The notes under the pieces were generated by a model. The model was not told where the DNA came from, did no database searches, and was given only the letters and a program-made list of their open reading frames with translations. Shown here piece by piece: positions 20,921-30,735 of a stretch of DNA of 64,000 bases. This stretch comes from Candidatus Krumholzibacteriia bacterium (GTDB lineage: Bacteria > Krumholzibacteriota > Krumholzibacteriia > LZORAL124-64-63): NCBI GenBank assembly GCA_016744705.1, contig JADGDU010000004.1, positions 14,209-78,208 of the forward strand, given 5' to 3'. The translations under genes and the position numbers were made by a program. Position 1 is the first letter of the stretch. Each line of letters opens with the position of its first letter.

Positions 20921-21765
20921 GACAGTTCCTTCCTCGGCAATAGTTTTGCCATGCGCCGCCAGGCTTCCGCTTCCAAATGTTCAGGACGCAATTCCACGTC
21001 AATATCCCCTTCAGAGGCCAGCGCCTCCATGCTTTCCGGATCCACATTGAAATGGCTGCGGAGCTGGGTGCGCAGCTTCTTGCGTCTCTGCTGGAACAGG
21101 GCTTTCACCACCGCAAGGAAATGCCGGTATTCTTCATCAGACCAGGACCCTTTGGGCACCAATTGCACCACTGCCGACTCCACATCGGGCTTGGGCCAGA
21201 AAACCGACGATGGCACCGTTCTGATTATCTGGATGTCGAAAATCGACCCCAGCACCACGGCCAGGATGCCGTAATCCCGGCTTCCGCATTCGGCGATCAT
21301 GCGCTCGGCCACTTCTTTTTGGACCATAAAAACAGCACCACTGATCACCTGCCGATGATCGGCCAAGGCGAACAAAACCTTACTCGTAAGTACATAAGGC
21401 AGGTTACCGGCCACCACTGGACGTTTTCCGGTACTGGCCAAAATTTCGGCCCAGTCCAATTTGGCCAAATCGCCTTCCCGCAACTCGAAGTTTTCCAGCT
21501 CACCATATTCTGATTGCAACAAGGCACAGAGGTTGCGGTCCACTTCCAGGCAAACCACCCGCTTGCCTTCTTCCAGAAGGTGAACAGTCAAAGCCCCCCC
21601 GCCGGCCCCCAGCTCCAGGATCTCATCTCCCAAATCCAGGCTGTCCTGGGCGATGGCCCGGGCCAGATTGGTGTCGATGAGGAAATTTTGTCCCCGCCGC
21701 TTCACCGGGCGAATACCATAAGAGCGCAATAACGATTGCTGGCTACGTGTCAAAGGGCCCTCCAA
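20917..21765 (-). CDS. rsmA: 16S rRNA m6(2)A1518/1519 dimethyltransferase
   Basis: GQNFL, ELGAGGG, GNLPY, MVQKEVAER, FWPKPDVES, QRRKKL motifs. Confidence 0.97.
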   Translation of the reverse strand: MEGPLTRSQQSLLRSYGIRPVKRRGQNFLIDTNLARAIAQDSLDLGDEILELGAGGGALTVHLLEEGKRVVCLEVDRNLCALLQSEYGELENFELREGDLAKLDWAEILASTGKRPVVAGNLPYVLTSKVLFALADHRQVISGAVFMVQKEVAERMIAECGSRDYGILAVVLGSIFDIQIIRTVPSSVFWPKPDVESAVVQLVPKGSWSDEEYRHFLAVVKALFQQRRKKLRTQLRSHFNVDPESMEALASEGDIDVELRPEHLEAEAWRRMAKLLPRKELS

Positions 21766-22546
21766 GAAACAGGCGATGGAAATTATCTGTTGTCATGCGA
21801 TCCACGTCTTCCACATCCAGGCCCAGGGCGGTGGCCACTCGGGCGCAGGTATGCACCAGGTATGCCGATTCATTTCGTTGGCCCCGGAACGGCACCGGCG
21901 GCAACCAGGGGGCGTCGGTTTCCAAAACAATCATCTCCGCGCCAGCCAAGGCCACCAGAGAATCAAGTTTACTATTTTTATAAGTGACAGGGCCACCGAT
22001 GCCCAGAAAAAAACCATTTTTTTGAGCCCACTCAACCGAAGCTTCATCCCCGGAAAAGGAGTGCAATATCCCCCGACGAGGTGGAATGCCAATTTCATCC
22101 AGAAAAGCCAGGGTTTCGGACCAGGCATCCCGTATGTGAAACACAACGGGCAAGTCTAGTTCCGTGGCAATTTCCAGCTGCATTTTCAGGGCGGCGTATT
22201 GGGCGGGACGGGGGCTCAGATCGCGAAAAAAATCCAGGCCGATTTCGCCGATGGCCACCACTTTGGGGTGGGCGGCCAAGGACCGCAGCTGATCCAGAAC
22301 CTGGGCTGTTTCCGTAAGAATCTGGCCCTCTTCATCGGCCAACAGAGCCGCATCGTGGGGATGAATACCCACCGTGGCCAGAATGTCCGTGTTGGCTTCG
22401 GCCAAAGCGATGCTCTCAGCACTGCTTTGCAGATCGTATCCGACATTGAGAAATTTTGTGATGCCGGCTGCCCGAGCCCGGGAAATGACCTCGTCCTGCT
22501 GGCCCTGGAATTCATGGCGGTTTAAGTGGACGTGGCTGTCGATCAT
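21743..22546 (-). CDS. tatD: TatD family metal-dependent hydrolase/DNase
   Basis: MIDSHVHL, VGIHPH, IGEIGLD, FHIRDA, LHSFSG, LETDAP. Start set at ATG 22546; upstream alternatives are possible. Confidence 0.93.
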   Translation of the reverse strand: MIDSHVHLNRHEFQGQQDEVISRARAAGITKFLNVGYDLQSSAESIALAEANTDILATVGIHPHDAALLADEEGQILTETAQVLDQLRSLAAHPKVVAIGEIGLDFFRDLSPRPAQYAALKMQLEIATELDLPVVFHIRDAWSETLAFLDEIGIPPRRGILHSFSGDEASVEWAQKNGFFLGIGGPVTYKNSKLDSLVALAGAEMIVLETDAPWLPPVPFRGQRNESAYLVHTCARVATALGLDVEDVDRMTTDNFHRLFLGGPFDT

Positions 22547-22758
22547 AGAACAGGGATTCCTTACATGACTCACAGAAACAATGGGCATTTTATTTATTCG
22601 AAATCTTGGAGGAAAGACCGGAAAATGGCAAGGAATTGTTGTTCTGACCACCTTTATCGGTCTTCCCATGAAGCCCATAGTAAAGGACTATTTAACCAGT
22701 CCTGCAATATCCGGCCGGGGAAAGATCAGACATTCCTCCGGCCGAAATCAATGCACCG

Positions 22759-24090
22759 CTAATCCTCTTTTGATGATGAAGGCTTAGGCAAGACCATGAC
22801 CAGAATCACCATCCCAATCACCGCAGCCAGCAGACTGGCCCCCAGCACTCCCACTTTGGCGGTTTGCAGATCCGGACCACTCAAAGCCAACCCAGCAATA
22901 AACAGCGCCATGGTGAAACCAATGCCCGACAAAAACCCGCCGCCGGCCAGCCCGGGCCAAGTGAGTCCTTCGGGCAATGACTTGGTCACAAGTTTCACTG
23001 CCAAAAAACTCATTAAGAGAATGCCCAGGGGCTTGCCCAGAACCAGCCCAGCCATGATGGCCAGGGACACCGGCTCGCCAAAATCGGACAGGGAGAAAGG
23101 CACCCCGGCGTTGGCCAGGGCAAAAATCGGCATAATCACAAAACTGGTCCAGGGATGAAGGGTCCCTTCCAGGTACTCCAGGGGAGAAATCACTTCGCGT
23201 ACCGAGTCCGTAAAACTGCGTACGTGATCACTGCGGTGATGCATGTTTATCCATGTGCCGCCATGCAGGGTTTTATCAGCACGCCGGAACAAGTTGCTGA
23301 TGGTGCTTTCAGAAAGATAGCTGCGGGCGGGGGTCAACAGACCGATCAGGACTCCAGCGATGGTGGCGTGCACTCCTGATTCGTGAAAACCGAACCAGAT
23401 CAGGATCCCCAGGAGAACATATAGGCCGAAACTGCGCACTCCGGCGCGACCCAAACCATAGATCATGGCCAGTCCGGCGAAAGCCAACATCAGGGCTGTC
23501 AGATTGAGCGATTCCGTATATCCAATGGCGATCACAAGGATGGCCCCAATGTCATCGACAATGGCCAAGGATAAAAGCATAACCCGCATGATGCGGGGAA
23601 CCCGAGGACCGAGTACGGCCATGCACCCCACCACAAAAGCAATGTCTGTAGCCATGGGGATCCCCCAACCGCGGGCTGCGGTCGTGCCCCCCTGCAAAAG
23701 CAAATAAAGGCCTGCCGGCACCACCATGCCCCCAATGGCTGCAAATACCGGTAGGGTTGCCCGCTTCACGTCGCGCAATTCACCGGTCACCATTTCCCGC
23801 TTCACTTCCAAACCAACAACAAAAAAGAAAATGGCCATCAGCCCATCATTGATCCAATGCTGGAGCGAATGCATCATCGTAAAACTGCCGATACTGAAAC
23901 CGACCTTGGTTTTCCACAATGCCACATACCAATCGCTGGCCCCGCTATTGGCCAGAATCAGGGCCACGGCGGTGCAGATCAGCAACAAAACGCCGCTGGC
24001 GGCCTCCACATGGAGAAAGCGCTGCACAGGTTTGATCACTTGATGGATTGGCTCATTGGGGAGCAAGTCCTTGCGCGTTTCGTTGCCCAT
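22759..24090 (-). CDS. nhaA: Na+/H+ antiporter NhaA
   Basis: WINDGLMAIFF, GWGIPMATDIAF, LAIVDDIGA, SGVHATIAG, GKPLG, GIGFTMALFI. Confidence 0.97.
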   Translation of the reverse strand: MGNETRKDLLPNEPIHQVIKPVQRFLHVEAASGVLLLICTAVALILANSGASDWYVALWKTKVGFSIGSFTMMHSLQHWINDGLMAIFFFVVGLEVKREMVTGELRDVKRATLPVFAAIGGMVVPAGLYLLLQGGTTAARGWGIPMATDIAFVVGCMAVLGPRVPRIMRVMLLSLAIVDDIGAILVIAIGYTESLNLTALMLAFAGLAMIYGLGRAGVRSFGLYVLLGILIWFGFHESGVHATIAGVLIGLLTPARSYLSESTISNLFRRADKTLHGGTWINMHHRSDHVRSFTDSVREVISPLEYLEGTLHPWTSFVIMPIFALANAGVPFSLSDFGEPVSLAIMAGLVLGKPLGILLMSFLAVKLVTKSLPEGLTWPGLAGGGFLSGIGFTMALFIAGLALSGPDLQTAKVGVLGASLLAAVIGMVILVMVLPKPSSSKED

Positions 24091-24252
24091 GTTTCAATCA
24101 TCTTCCTGGAAATTCATGTATAAATGAAAAAAGTATTTTACTATGGTGTTTCCTTTGTGTAAACAGGAACAGACTGCAGGCATTGTCAAATGCTCTCAGC
24201 AATTGAGGAAAAAGAGAATTTATTTCAGACCACCCTCTCTTAAGGATTCACG

Positions 24253-25332
24253 ATGCCAATCACCCGCGGGTTCTTTTTTCACTTATGCATCACTATCCTA
24301 CTGCTGCCGGCCATTGCCCTGGGAATGGCTAATGGCGAAGAAAGCACTGGCGACCGCATCGAAGACAGTGTCAAATTTCTGCCCATCCCATACCTCAACT
24401 ACGATCGGTCCATCGGTTTCCAGGCCGGTGGTTTACCTATGGTCATGTTCAACCCCGTCAAGAGTGATACCATTTCCCCGTCCTCCATGGCCGGTCTATT
24501 CGGCATGTATACCACCAATGACACTTGGATGCTCATGGCTTTTGGTAGACTGCATCTGGATGAGGGCAACTGGCGGATCATGACCGCAATCGGCAGGGGA
24601 AACTACAACTTCCAGTTTTTCTTAGATGCCCCCATCGCATCCTGGATTCCCTACAATACGGACATGAATCTCGCTTTTATCCAAGTGCAGCGCCGCATGT
24701 ACCAACAGCTCTATGGTGGGCTGAGTTATATCTATCTGGATTTCGAAACAAATCTGGAAGGCTTTCCCCATTCAAAAGAAACCACCCTTAACGGCCTGGG
24801 CCTAGATCTTAGTCTGGATCACCGATCCAGCGTTTTTTATCCGCACACGGGCTTTGAGACCAACCTTCGGTATTTCACTTATCCTCAGGGATTGGGAAAC
24901 GAATCGGAGTCCGACAAAATTCAGTTGGAATACCACCATTTTTTCTCCATGCGCAAAGAGGAAGACGTCCTCGCTTGCCGCTTTTTTGCCGGAATTGGTC
25001 TGGGGAATCTTGCCTTTGAACAGCAATTTGTGGTGGGTAGCAGACAAGACATCAGAGGATACACCCAAGGTGAGTACAGGGGTGATTATCTGTTTGCCCT
25101 TCAGGGAGAATACCGCTGGAATCTGCACTCCCGCATTGGCCTGGTGGGATTTGCCGGAGTTGCTACAATTTTCCAATCCATCAATGAGGACGATGATGGC
25201 AAGCTTCTGCCCGGAGCTGGAGCCGGTTTCCGTTATACTGTCGACACAGAAACGAACATGAATGTGGGGTTGGATATTGCGGCAGGCAAAGACGACTGGG
25301 GAATATACTTTAAACTTGGGGAAGCCTTTTAA
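24253..25332 (+). CDS. Omp85 (BamA/TamA) superfamily barrel-only outer-membrane protein
   Basis: Signal peptide, DHR..FYP..G, loop-6 IRGY motif, terminal GIYFKLGEAF; no room for POTRA domains in 359 aa. Confidence 0.85.
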   Translation: MPITRGFFFHLCITILLLPAIALGMANGEESTGDRIEDSVKFLPIPYLNYDRSIGFQAGGLPMVMFNPVKSDTISPSSMAGLFGMYTTNDTWMLMAFGRLHLDEGNWRIMTAIGRGNYNFQFFLDAPIASWIPYNTDMNLAFIQVQRRMYQQLYGGLSYIYLDFETNLEGFPHSKETTLNGLGLDLSLDHRSSVFYPHTGFETNLRYFTYPQGLGNESESDKIQLEYHHFFSMRKEEDVLACRFFAGIGLGNLAFEQQFVVGSRQDIRGYTQGEYRGDYLFALQGEYRWNLHSRIGLVGFAGVATIFQSINEDDDGKLLPGAGAGFRYTVDTETNMNVGLDIAAGKDDWGIYFKLGEAF

Positions 25333-25358
25333 AAGCCTCCCCAACCCTCGCAATCAGA

Positions 25359-28300
25359 CTACAAGGTCAATTTCATCAACCCAGCGAGAGCTCGGACCAA
25401 GGCACTTGGAGGCGGCAACAAGGCATCCAGTTCTTCCGTGGTTTCCACCCAATCGCACAATCCGGGCAATAGCAGGAAGTCCATAAAACCATACAAGCTC
25501 TGCCATCCTCCCACCACCACCATCACCTCTCCATCCATAACCATGCTGCGATAATCCAAATTGGTGCTGCCCACACAAAGGTAGTAGATCAGTTCTTCAC
25601 GCTCCTCAGGTGTCAGGTCTGCGATCAACCCCTCGATTAGAGCCAACCATGCTGAGCTCATCTGATCCGGGAAGTGGCGAACATCCGGATGGTGAGACTC
25701 TTTGTCTGCAGTCACGGCCTGGTTGGCCAGATACTGGGTATGGCCGCGCAGGACCATGGCTAATTCAGGCCGGATCAGCAGCTTTTCCCAGGCCTTTCCT
25801 GAAGCAAAGAAATTGGCTTTGAGATGAATTTTTGGCTTCAACTCTTCTTCATGCTGGGACAGGTATTCAATGGCATAACCCAGAGAATCCAAATAGGCAG
25901 CCGTGTTTTCCAACTCTGATTGGACCGCGGCATTTTCCGGGTAAACCTCCCGAATCCACGCAGGTGAATTGTTTTGCGCTTGATGCGTGCGGCCAGCGAT
26001 ATCGGCAACGCCTTGCTGAGGAGCGTAGAGCCCTACCTTCAATAATCCTCCCTGGGATCGAAGGGGCTCCTCCATCTGGGTTGAAAACTCAATCAAACGC
26101 CCCAAAAGCCCATGGGCCCGAGCCAGAGTTGGCGCAGCCCCACTGGGTGCTGAGTCCTCGGTGGGAGCAATGACCAGTACCTTACAACCACGCTGAGCAC
26201 TACCTGCTAACAAAGAGGCATAGATGTAACTCTGCCACAGTGAGTCAGGTACCTTGAGAATCGACCCTGGGGGCATCAAACTATAAAGCACCGCCTTGGC
26301 CACATTGACCGGCTTGTTATGAAATCCAGTTTCGTTGTGCAGTTGGAGGACAGACCCTCGATGAGCAACCCACTCGGAAGAGTTTTGGGCTTTTTCCGCG
26401 GCAAGACCCTGGTCATAATCGTGGCTTTTAGGTTGCTTACGCAGTGAGAAAGGCAACTCCTGGGGTTCATAGCCCTGGGCCAGAAGTAAGTCCCGTGCGG
26501 CATCCTTGACCGCCAAGGCACCGGGACCGGAAATCATCAGAGCCCGGTCTTCCCAATTGGCCCCCACATAATGTTCACCAATACCCATACCCGTGAAAAT
26601 GGCTGTTCCCCGATAAGGGTCCTCTTCACTGATGTCGTAGAAGGATATTTTGCGATGATCGCGCATCATGTTGTCGGGAATGGGCATCATCCCCACACTG
26701 TGCCAACTGAAGAACGAGGGATCCGCAGGATTGGTAATATTGATGTGAACCTTGATACGGTTTTTAAGCCATTTCTGCCCATATTGGCTGGAGCCCATCT
26801 GCAACAGCACCGACCTGTCCACTGCCTCGCGCAATTCGTCCTGGGCACTGGAGAGGCGCTCTTCCCATTCAGCGAAATCATCGGGCAAACTCAACTGGTA
26901 CCCCATTGGGTCGGCCAGCAGACGCAACCACAGACGAGCTTTGTTGATTTCAAAATAATGCTGATCCAGCAGGATAAAATATTGGGGTAGTTTTCCTGCT
27001 TCATCGTAGGCCTTGACCCTTTCGGTCATGGCTTCCAGATAATTCAGTGTTTGAGCATAGGCGATGGCATCGGGTTTGCCGGCACCATTGAGACCGCGGT
27101 AGTCGTGGATCCAGAGCACATGATAATCTTCGGCCTTGCGGACGGAACGCGCCATCTCCCATTGGAATTCCTCATTGATCACATACCAGACCCGGTTCTC
27201 CACCGTAAATGGATGCTCAGTGCAGCGGGCGATGATCTCGTCCAATTCCGCCTGGGAGTCGTGTTGATCAGGAGTGAGAGCATATTGCAGAGGCAGCCAG
27301 ACAAACCGTGAATCGTCCCAACGGTTGCGCAGTTCCAAGCGGTTTTCTTCCATCTGATCGGCCAGGGTTTGGAAGACAAAGAAGACGTTCCGATTAGCAT
27401 CATCGGACAATTGGTTTTCGAGCAACACCCAAGAGGCAAAGTTGGTTTGGGCGATAGCAATAAAATGGGCCAGTGAGTCGCCGGTTTTCCTTTGGCCAAG
27501 AAGAGAGTTATAAGGAATAAGGATTTCTTCCAACAGGGTGCTGCGAGCTCTGGCACTTAGCTGGCGCCCAACTTCAGTGGTGGCATTGCCCCCCGTGGCC
27601 AGGGAAAAAGCGCGATCCAGAGTTTGATGGAAGGCCTGTACTTCGGCGGGCAAAGAATGACCATGGGGAAACCGAATATCGGTGGAATCGATATGGGCTA
27701 ACAAAGGCCTCAAAACTGGTGCCATGGCCTCTTGAGCGTCGCTCCCATCCTCCTCGGCAAAAGGTTGGCTCAGCCGGGCCACCCAGCGGGATCGTTCGGC
27801 CAGTTCTGCTAAAACTTCGTTCAGGCTTTCCACCTTGTGGAAATCTGCCATCCGTTGGGGAGAGCACCTTTGAATCTTAACGTTATCACTCGACGGGCGG
27901 GTGGCTCCGATATTCCGGCCCCACAAAGGCACATTGATTCCTGCGCTGAAGGTTTGATCGCGAGATGGCAACCAGCGCAGCGCAAAAGTTGTCCCTCTCC
28001 CGAACAATCCACCACGGCGCAGGGGCAAATCCAGCTGCAGCAGAAAGTCAGCCTCCTCATCGGTGCCGTTGAAATCGACACCAACACCGCAATAAAAACT
28101 GGGGATTTCGAACAGGGCGCGCGCACCGCCGTCAAAAGCCTGGTCCCGCCAACCACCGTAACCTTCCAAACGCAGCCCACCAATGCCCACCACGGGACTG
28201 CCCAAATCTTTGGATAAACCAAGGCTGAGATAGGTCGCCATTTGGCTGGAACTTCGGGGGCGAAACCACTGCATCTCCACCCCAGCGCGCCCTTTATAGA

Positions 28301-28448
28301 CAGGGGGCATACCCAGGGAGTAGGTCGTGCCACCGCGCTCGGGACTCAGATCGCGCTGAGACCTGGCCGGTTGCGGTATGCAGATAAGACTTATCCCCAA
28401 GAACAAGGCTATGAAGCTGAGACGACCGGATAATTTCAAACGGACCAT
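25359..28448 (-). CDS. Exported phospholipase D-superfamily protein with N-terminal beta-rich domain, 1029 aa
   Basis: HRKISFYD (HxKxxxxD, H598), second HLK (H875) and cardiolipin-synthase-like VGSTNLDYRS..D.E (G960); signal peptide. Confidence 0.7.
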   Translation of the reverse strand: MVRLKLSGRLSFIALFLGISLICIPQPARSQRDLSPERGGTTYSLGMPPVYKGRAGVEMQWFRPRSSSQMATYLSLGLSKDLGSPVVGIGGLRLEGYGGWRDQAFDGGARALFEIPSFYCGVGVDFNGTDEEADFLLQLDLPLRRGGLFGRGTTFALRWLPSRDQTFSAGINVPLWGRNIGATRPSSDNVKIQRCSPQRMADFHKVESLNEVLAELAERSRWVARLSQPFAEEDGSDAQEAMAPVLRPLLAHIDSTDIRFPHGHSLPAEVQAFHQTLDRAFSLATGGNATTEVGRQLSARARSTLLEEILIPYNSLLGQRKTGDSLAHFIAIAQTNFASWVLLENQLSDDANRNVFFVFQTLADQMEENRLELRNRWDDSRFVWLPLQYALTPDQHDSQAELDEIIARCTEHPFTVENRVWYVINEEFQWEMARSVRKAEDYHVLWIHDYRGLNGAGKPDAIAYAQTLNYLEAMTERVKAYDEAGKLPQYFILLDQHYFEINKARLWLRLLADPMGYQLSLPDDFAEWEERLSSAQDELREAVDRSVLLQMGSSQYGQKWLKNRIKVHINITNPADPSFFSWHSVGMMPIPDNMMRDHRKISFYDISEEDPYRGTAIFTGMGIGEHYVGANWEDRALMISGPGALAVKDAARDLLLAQGYEPQELPFSLRKQPKSHDYDQGLAAEKAQNSSEWVAHRGSVLQLHNETGFHNKPVNVAKAVLYSLMPPGSILKVPDSLWQSYIYASLLAGSAQRGCKVLVIAPTEDSAPSGAAPTLARAHGLLGRLIEFSTQMEEPLRSQGGLLKVGLYAPQQGVADIAGRTHQAQNNSPAWIREVYPENAAVQSELENTAAYLDSLGYAIEYLSQHEEELKPKIHLKANFFASGKAWEKLLIRPELAMVLRGHTQYLANQAVTADKESHHPDVRHFPDQMSSAWLALIEGLIADLTPEEREELIYYLCVGSTNLDYRSMVMDGEVMVVVGGWQSLYGFMDFLLLPGLCDWVETTEELDALLPPPSALVRALAGLMKLTL

Positions 28449-28553
28449 GCTATCAAACTCCTATGACTGGAAGGGCCAGGCGAGTCTATTGTATGGTCTA
28501 TCCGTGGGTTGGGTCTAGCTGAAAGCTCCAGTTTCCTAAAGCCAGAGGCGCGG

Positions 28554-29276
28554 CTATTTCACCAGCGCCATTTTTCTGGTTTCAGAGAAATCTTCCCCTT
28601 GCAGGCGGTAGAGATAAATGCCCGCAGGCAGCGCCTCTGCATTCCACTGAAAACGATGCCCCCCGGCGGGCAAGTCCCCTTCATAAACAAGAGAGACCAA
28701 ACGCCCCCGGCTGTCATAAACCTTTAAAGAGACCATTTCATCCTGGGGCAATGTAAAGGCAAGGGTCGTGCTGGGGTTGAAGGGATTGGGATAGTTTTTC
28801 TCCAGACTTGCCATCCCCGGAAGGCTTCCGTCTGGAATATCTGTGAGCCCAGTCCGCGATAGAGTAATGACTCCAGCCTGGGGGTGAGGTTCTGGATCAT
28901 CCCAGTAATTGTAATGCATTTCTATGGTCGCTCCTGTGTAACTGACCACTTCATAGAAAAAATGTTGGTAAAAATATTGCCCAGCATAAACGGTTTCTAA
29001 ATACCAGAAATGCAACCGGTTGGTGGCCTCGTCAAATTCCCATTGTTGGGTATCTGGATAATAATAGGGAGGCATCAGATGGTCCGAAGAGTCGGTATAA
29101 AAACCATTCTCCTGCACCTCCAGAGTCATGTCAAAATGGGAGCCGCCAAAGGTGGTGGAATCAAAGGTCCCCTCCCAGGTTCCCACAAAGTCTGCTTCGG
29201 TGAAGGCCCAAGCGGACAGTGGCGTCAAGCCGATGATGATGACGAATATGGCTTGGAGCGATGGGATAAATTTCAT
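28554..29276 (-). CDS. Secreted Tyr/acid-rich protein with FlgD-Ig/T9SS type-A-like C-terminal sorting domain
   Basis: Signal peptide (…PLSAWA); C-terminal NYPNPFNPST...VYDSRGRLV...LPAGIYLYRL...RKMALVK. Confidence 0.85.
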   Translation of the reverse strand: MKFIPSLQAIFVIIIGLTPLSAWAFTEADFVGTWEGTFDSTTFGGSHFDMTLEVQENGFYTDSSDHLMPPYYYPDTQQWEFDEATNRLHFWYLETVYAGQYFYQHFFYEVVSYTGATIEMHYNYWDDPEPHPQAGVITLSRTGLTDIPDGSLPGMASLEKNYPNPFNPSTTLAFTLPQDEMVSLKVYDSRGRLVSLVYEGDLPAGGHRFQWNAEALPAGIYLYRLQGEDFSETRKMALVK

Positions 29277-29575
29277 GGAAACGTTTCTCCTGGAGAATGA
29301 AAACCACTGATGCGGTTAGGGATCCTATATTTCACACATAAACGCTATCCTTTAAGGCTGGCAAGGGTCCTCGGTAGCCATTCCGCCGAAAGAATCAAAA
29401 TAATCCGGGAGATTTTTCCTTCTCGGCAAACATCACAGAAAAGCATGGTGGGGAAACCTTGGAGGGAAACCGCCATTTGCCGCAATGGGCGGTATGAGCA
29501 AAAGAGGACTAATTTATCAACAAAGGAATTGCAGATGACGGATCATTCTCAATCCATTCCCACACAACAGGTTTT

Positions 29576-30106
29576 ATGGATACCCAGAGCCCCAGGCCAA
29601 ACCCCCAATCCCATTGGATTTCACAGTTGCGCCAGCGCTTCAGTGAAGTGGCCCGGCGACGTGTGCCCTCTGATGCCGTCGAAGATCTGGTGCAGGATGC
29701 CTTGTCCATCGTGTGGAATAAAGGACCAGCAGAGGCCATCAAGGATGGGCGTGACCATCCTTCCTTACGCTGGAGTTTCAACGTGCTGCGCAACGTGATC
29801 GGCAATTACTACCAGAAACGCCGTTCCTTCGACTCTGTGGACGACCATGAATTCCCTGACGAAAAACCAGATGTATTGGCTGCCATGACCATGCAGGAGC
29901 GATCCCAAAGCATTCGAGCGGCCGTGGATGAACTGAAGGAATCCCGGCCCAGCTGTGCCCATTGGTTGTGGTCTATGGCCCAGGGTATCAAAGCCGGAGT
30001 TCTGGCAGAAAAGGATGGCTTGGAACATGCTGCCTTTTACCGAAAAATTTACCGCTGCCGGAAAATGCTGGCTGAAATTCTTCAGCGCCGGGGGGTGAGC
30101 CCATGA
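29576..30106 (+). CDS. ECF RNA polymerase sigma factor
   Basis: Region 2 AVEDLVQDAL and W..vlRN; region 4 ending YRCRKML; 176 aa. Confidence 0.85.
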   Translation: MDTQSPRPNPQSHWISQLRQRFSEVARRRVPSDAVEDLVQDALSIVWNKGPAEAIKDGRDHPSLRWSFNVLRNVIGNYYQKRRSFDSVDDHEFPDEKPDVLAAMTMQERSQSIRAAVDELKESRPSCAHWLWSMAQGIKAGVLAEKDGLEHAAFYRKIYRCRKMLAEILQRRGVSP

Positions 30107-30735
30107 GCCATCGCAAAGATGAAAAACTGGAACGCTGGCTGGAATCAGATCTCGACCCTCGCGAAATGGCCGAGTTTGAGAAACAGGCCCTCGGTGATGA
30201 GCAACTGGCCGAAGAACTATTTCAGGCCATGGAGCTGCAAGCCGGATTGTTGGAGGCTGCCAATTCAGTAGAGGATAAAGAGATTTTAAAGCCTCGGCGT
30301 AAATCCATGAAACCCAGGAATTTTGCCTGGGCCGGTGGGTTGATGGCCGCTGTTCTGGCTTTATTCGTCCTCTTCCCACAAGCCCCGTCCCCCTACAAGG
30401 AATTGCCTCTGCGGTTGCGCGGTGGTGGCGACGCCGGTGCGGCCATCGGAACTGAGCCCATGGGTGAATTATTACACTTCCCCCGTATTTTCCGTTGGCA
30501 CCCGCCGGCAGCCACTCCAGGAACTCGGTACCGCTGGGAACTGTACGATGCCCAGGCCCGGCGCCGGGCGGTGGCCGTGGTCAACGACAGTTTGCTGGTG
30601 CGCAACGCGGCAGAGACTCCAGCTGATAGCCTGGGCTCTTGGCGCTGGCTCGTCATCGAATTGAAGCCCAACGGCCTTGAGGGCGCCACCAGTGCTGCCA
30701 TTCCATTCTCTGTGATCAGGGAGAAGTCCGAATGA
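30103..30735 (+). CDS. Putative single-pass anti-sigma factor with periplasmic beta-domain
   Basis: N-terminal 'LERWLESDLDPREMAEFE' anti-sigma-like helices, TM FAWAGGLMAAVLALFVLF, LRGG motif, then a beta-rich domain; ATGA overlaps on both sides. Confidence 0.7.
   Translation: MSHRKDEKLERWLESDLDPREMAEFEKQALGDEQLAEELFQAMELQAGLLEAANSVEDKEILKPRRKSMKPRNFAWAGGLMAAVLALFVLFPQAPSPYKELPLRLRGGGDAGAAIGTEPMGELLHFPRIFRWHPPAATPGTRYRWELYDAQARRRAVAVVNDSLLVRNAAETPADSLGSWRWLVIELKPNGLEGATSAAIPFSVIREKSE

Noticed and set aside
24253-28448. Omp85 barrel + PLD as a two-partner secretion pair
   Set aside because: The genes are convergent rather than co-transcribed, the barrel lacks POTRA domains, and the PLD has no TPS domain.
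29451-29493. GGGAAACC direct repeat and ACCGCC..GGCGGT hairpin upstream of the CHAT-linked sigma
   Set aside because: Short elements; no matching ECF -10 at a proper spacing could be assigned.
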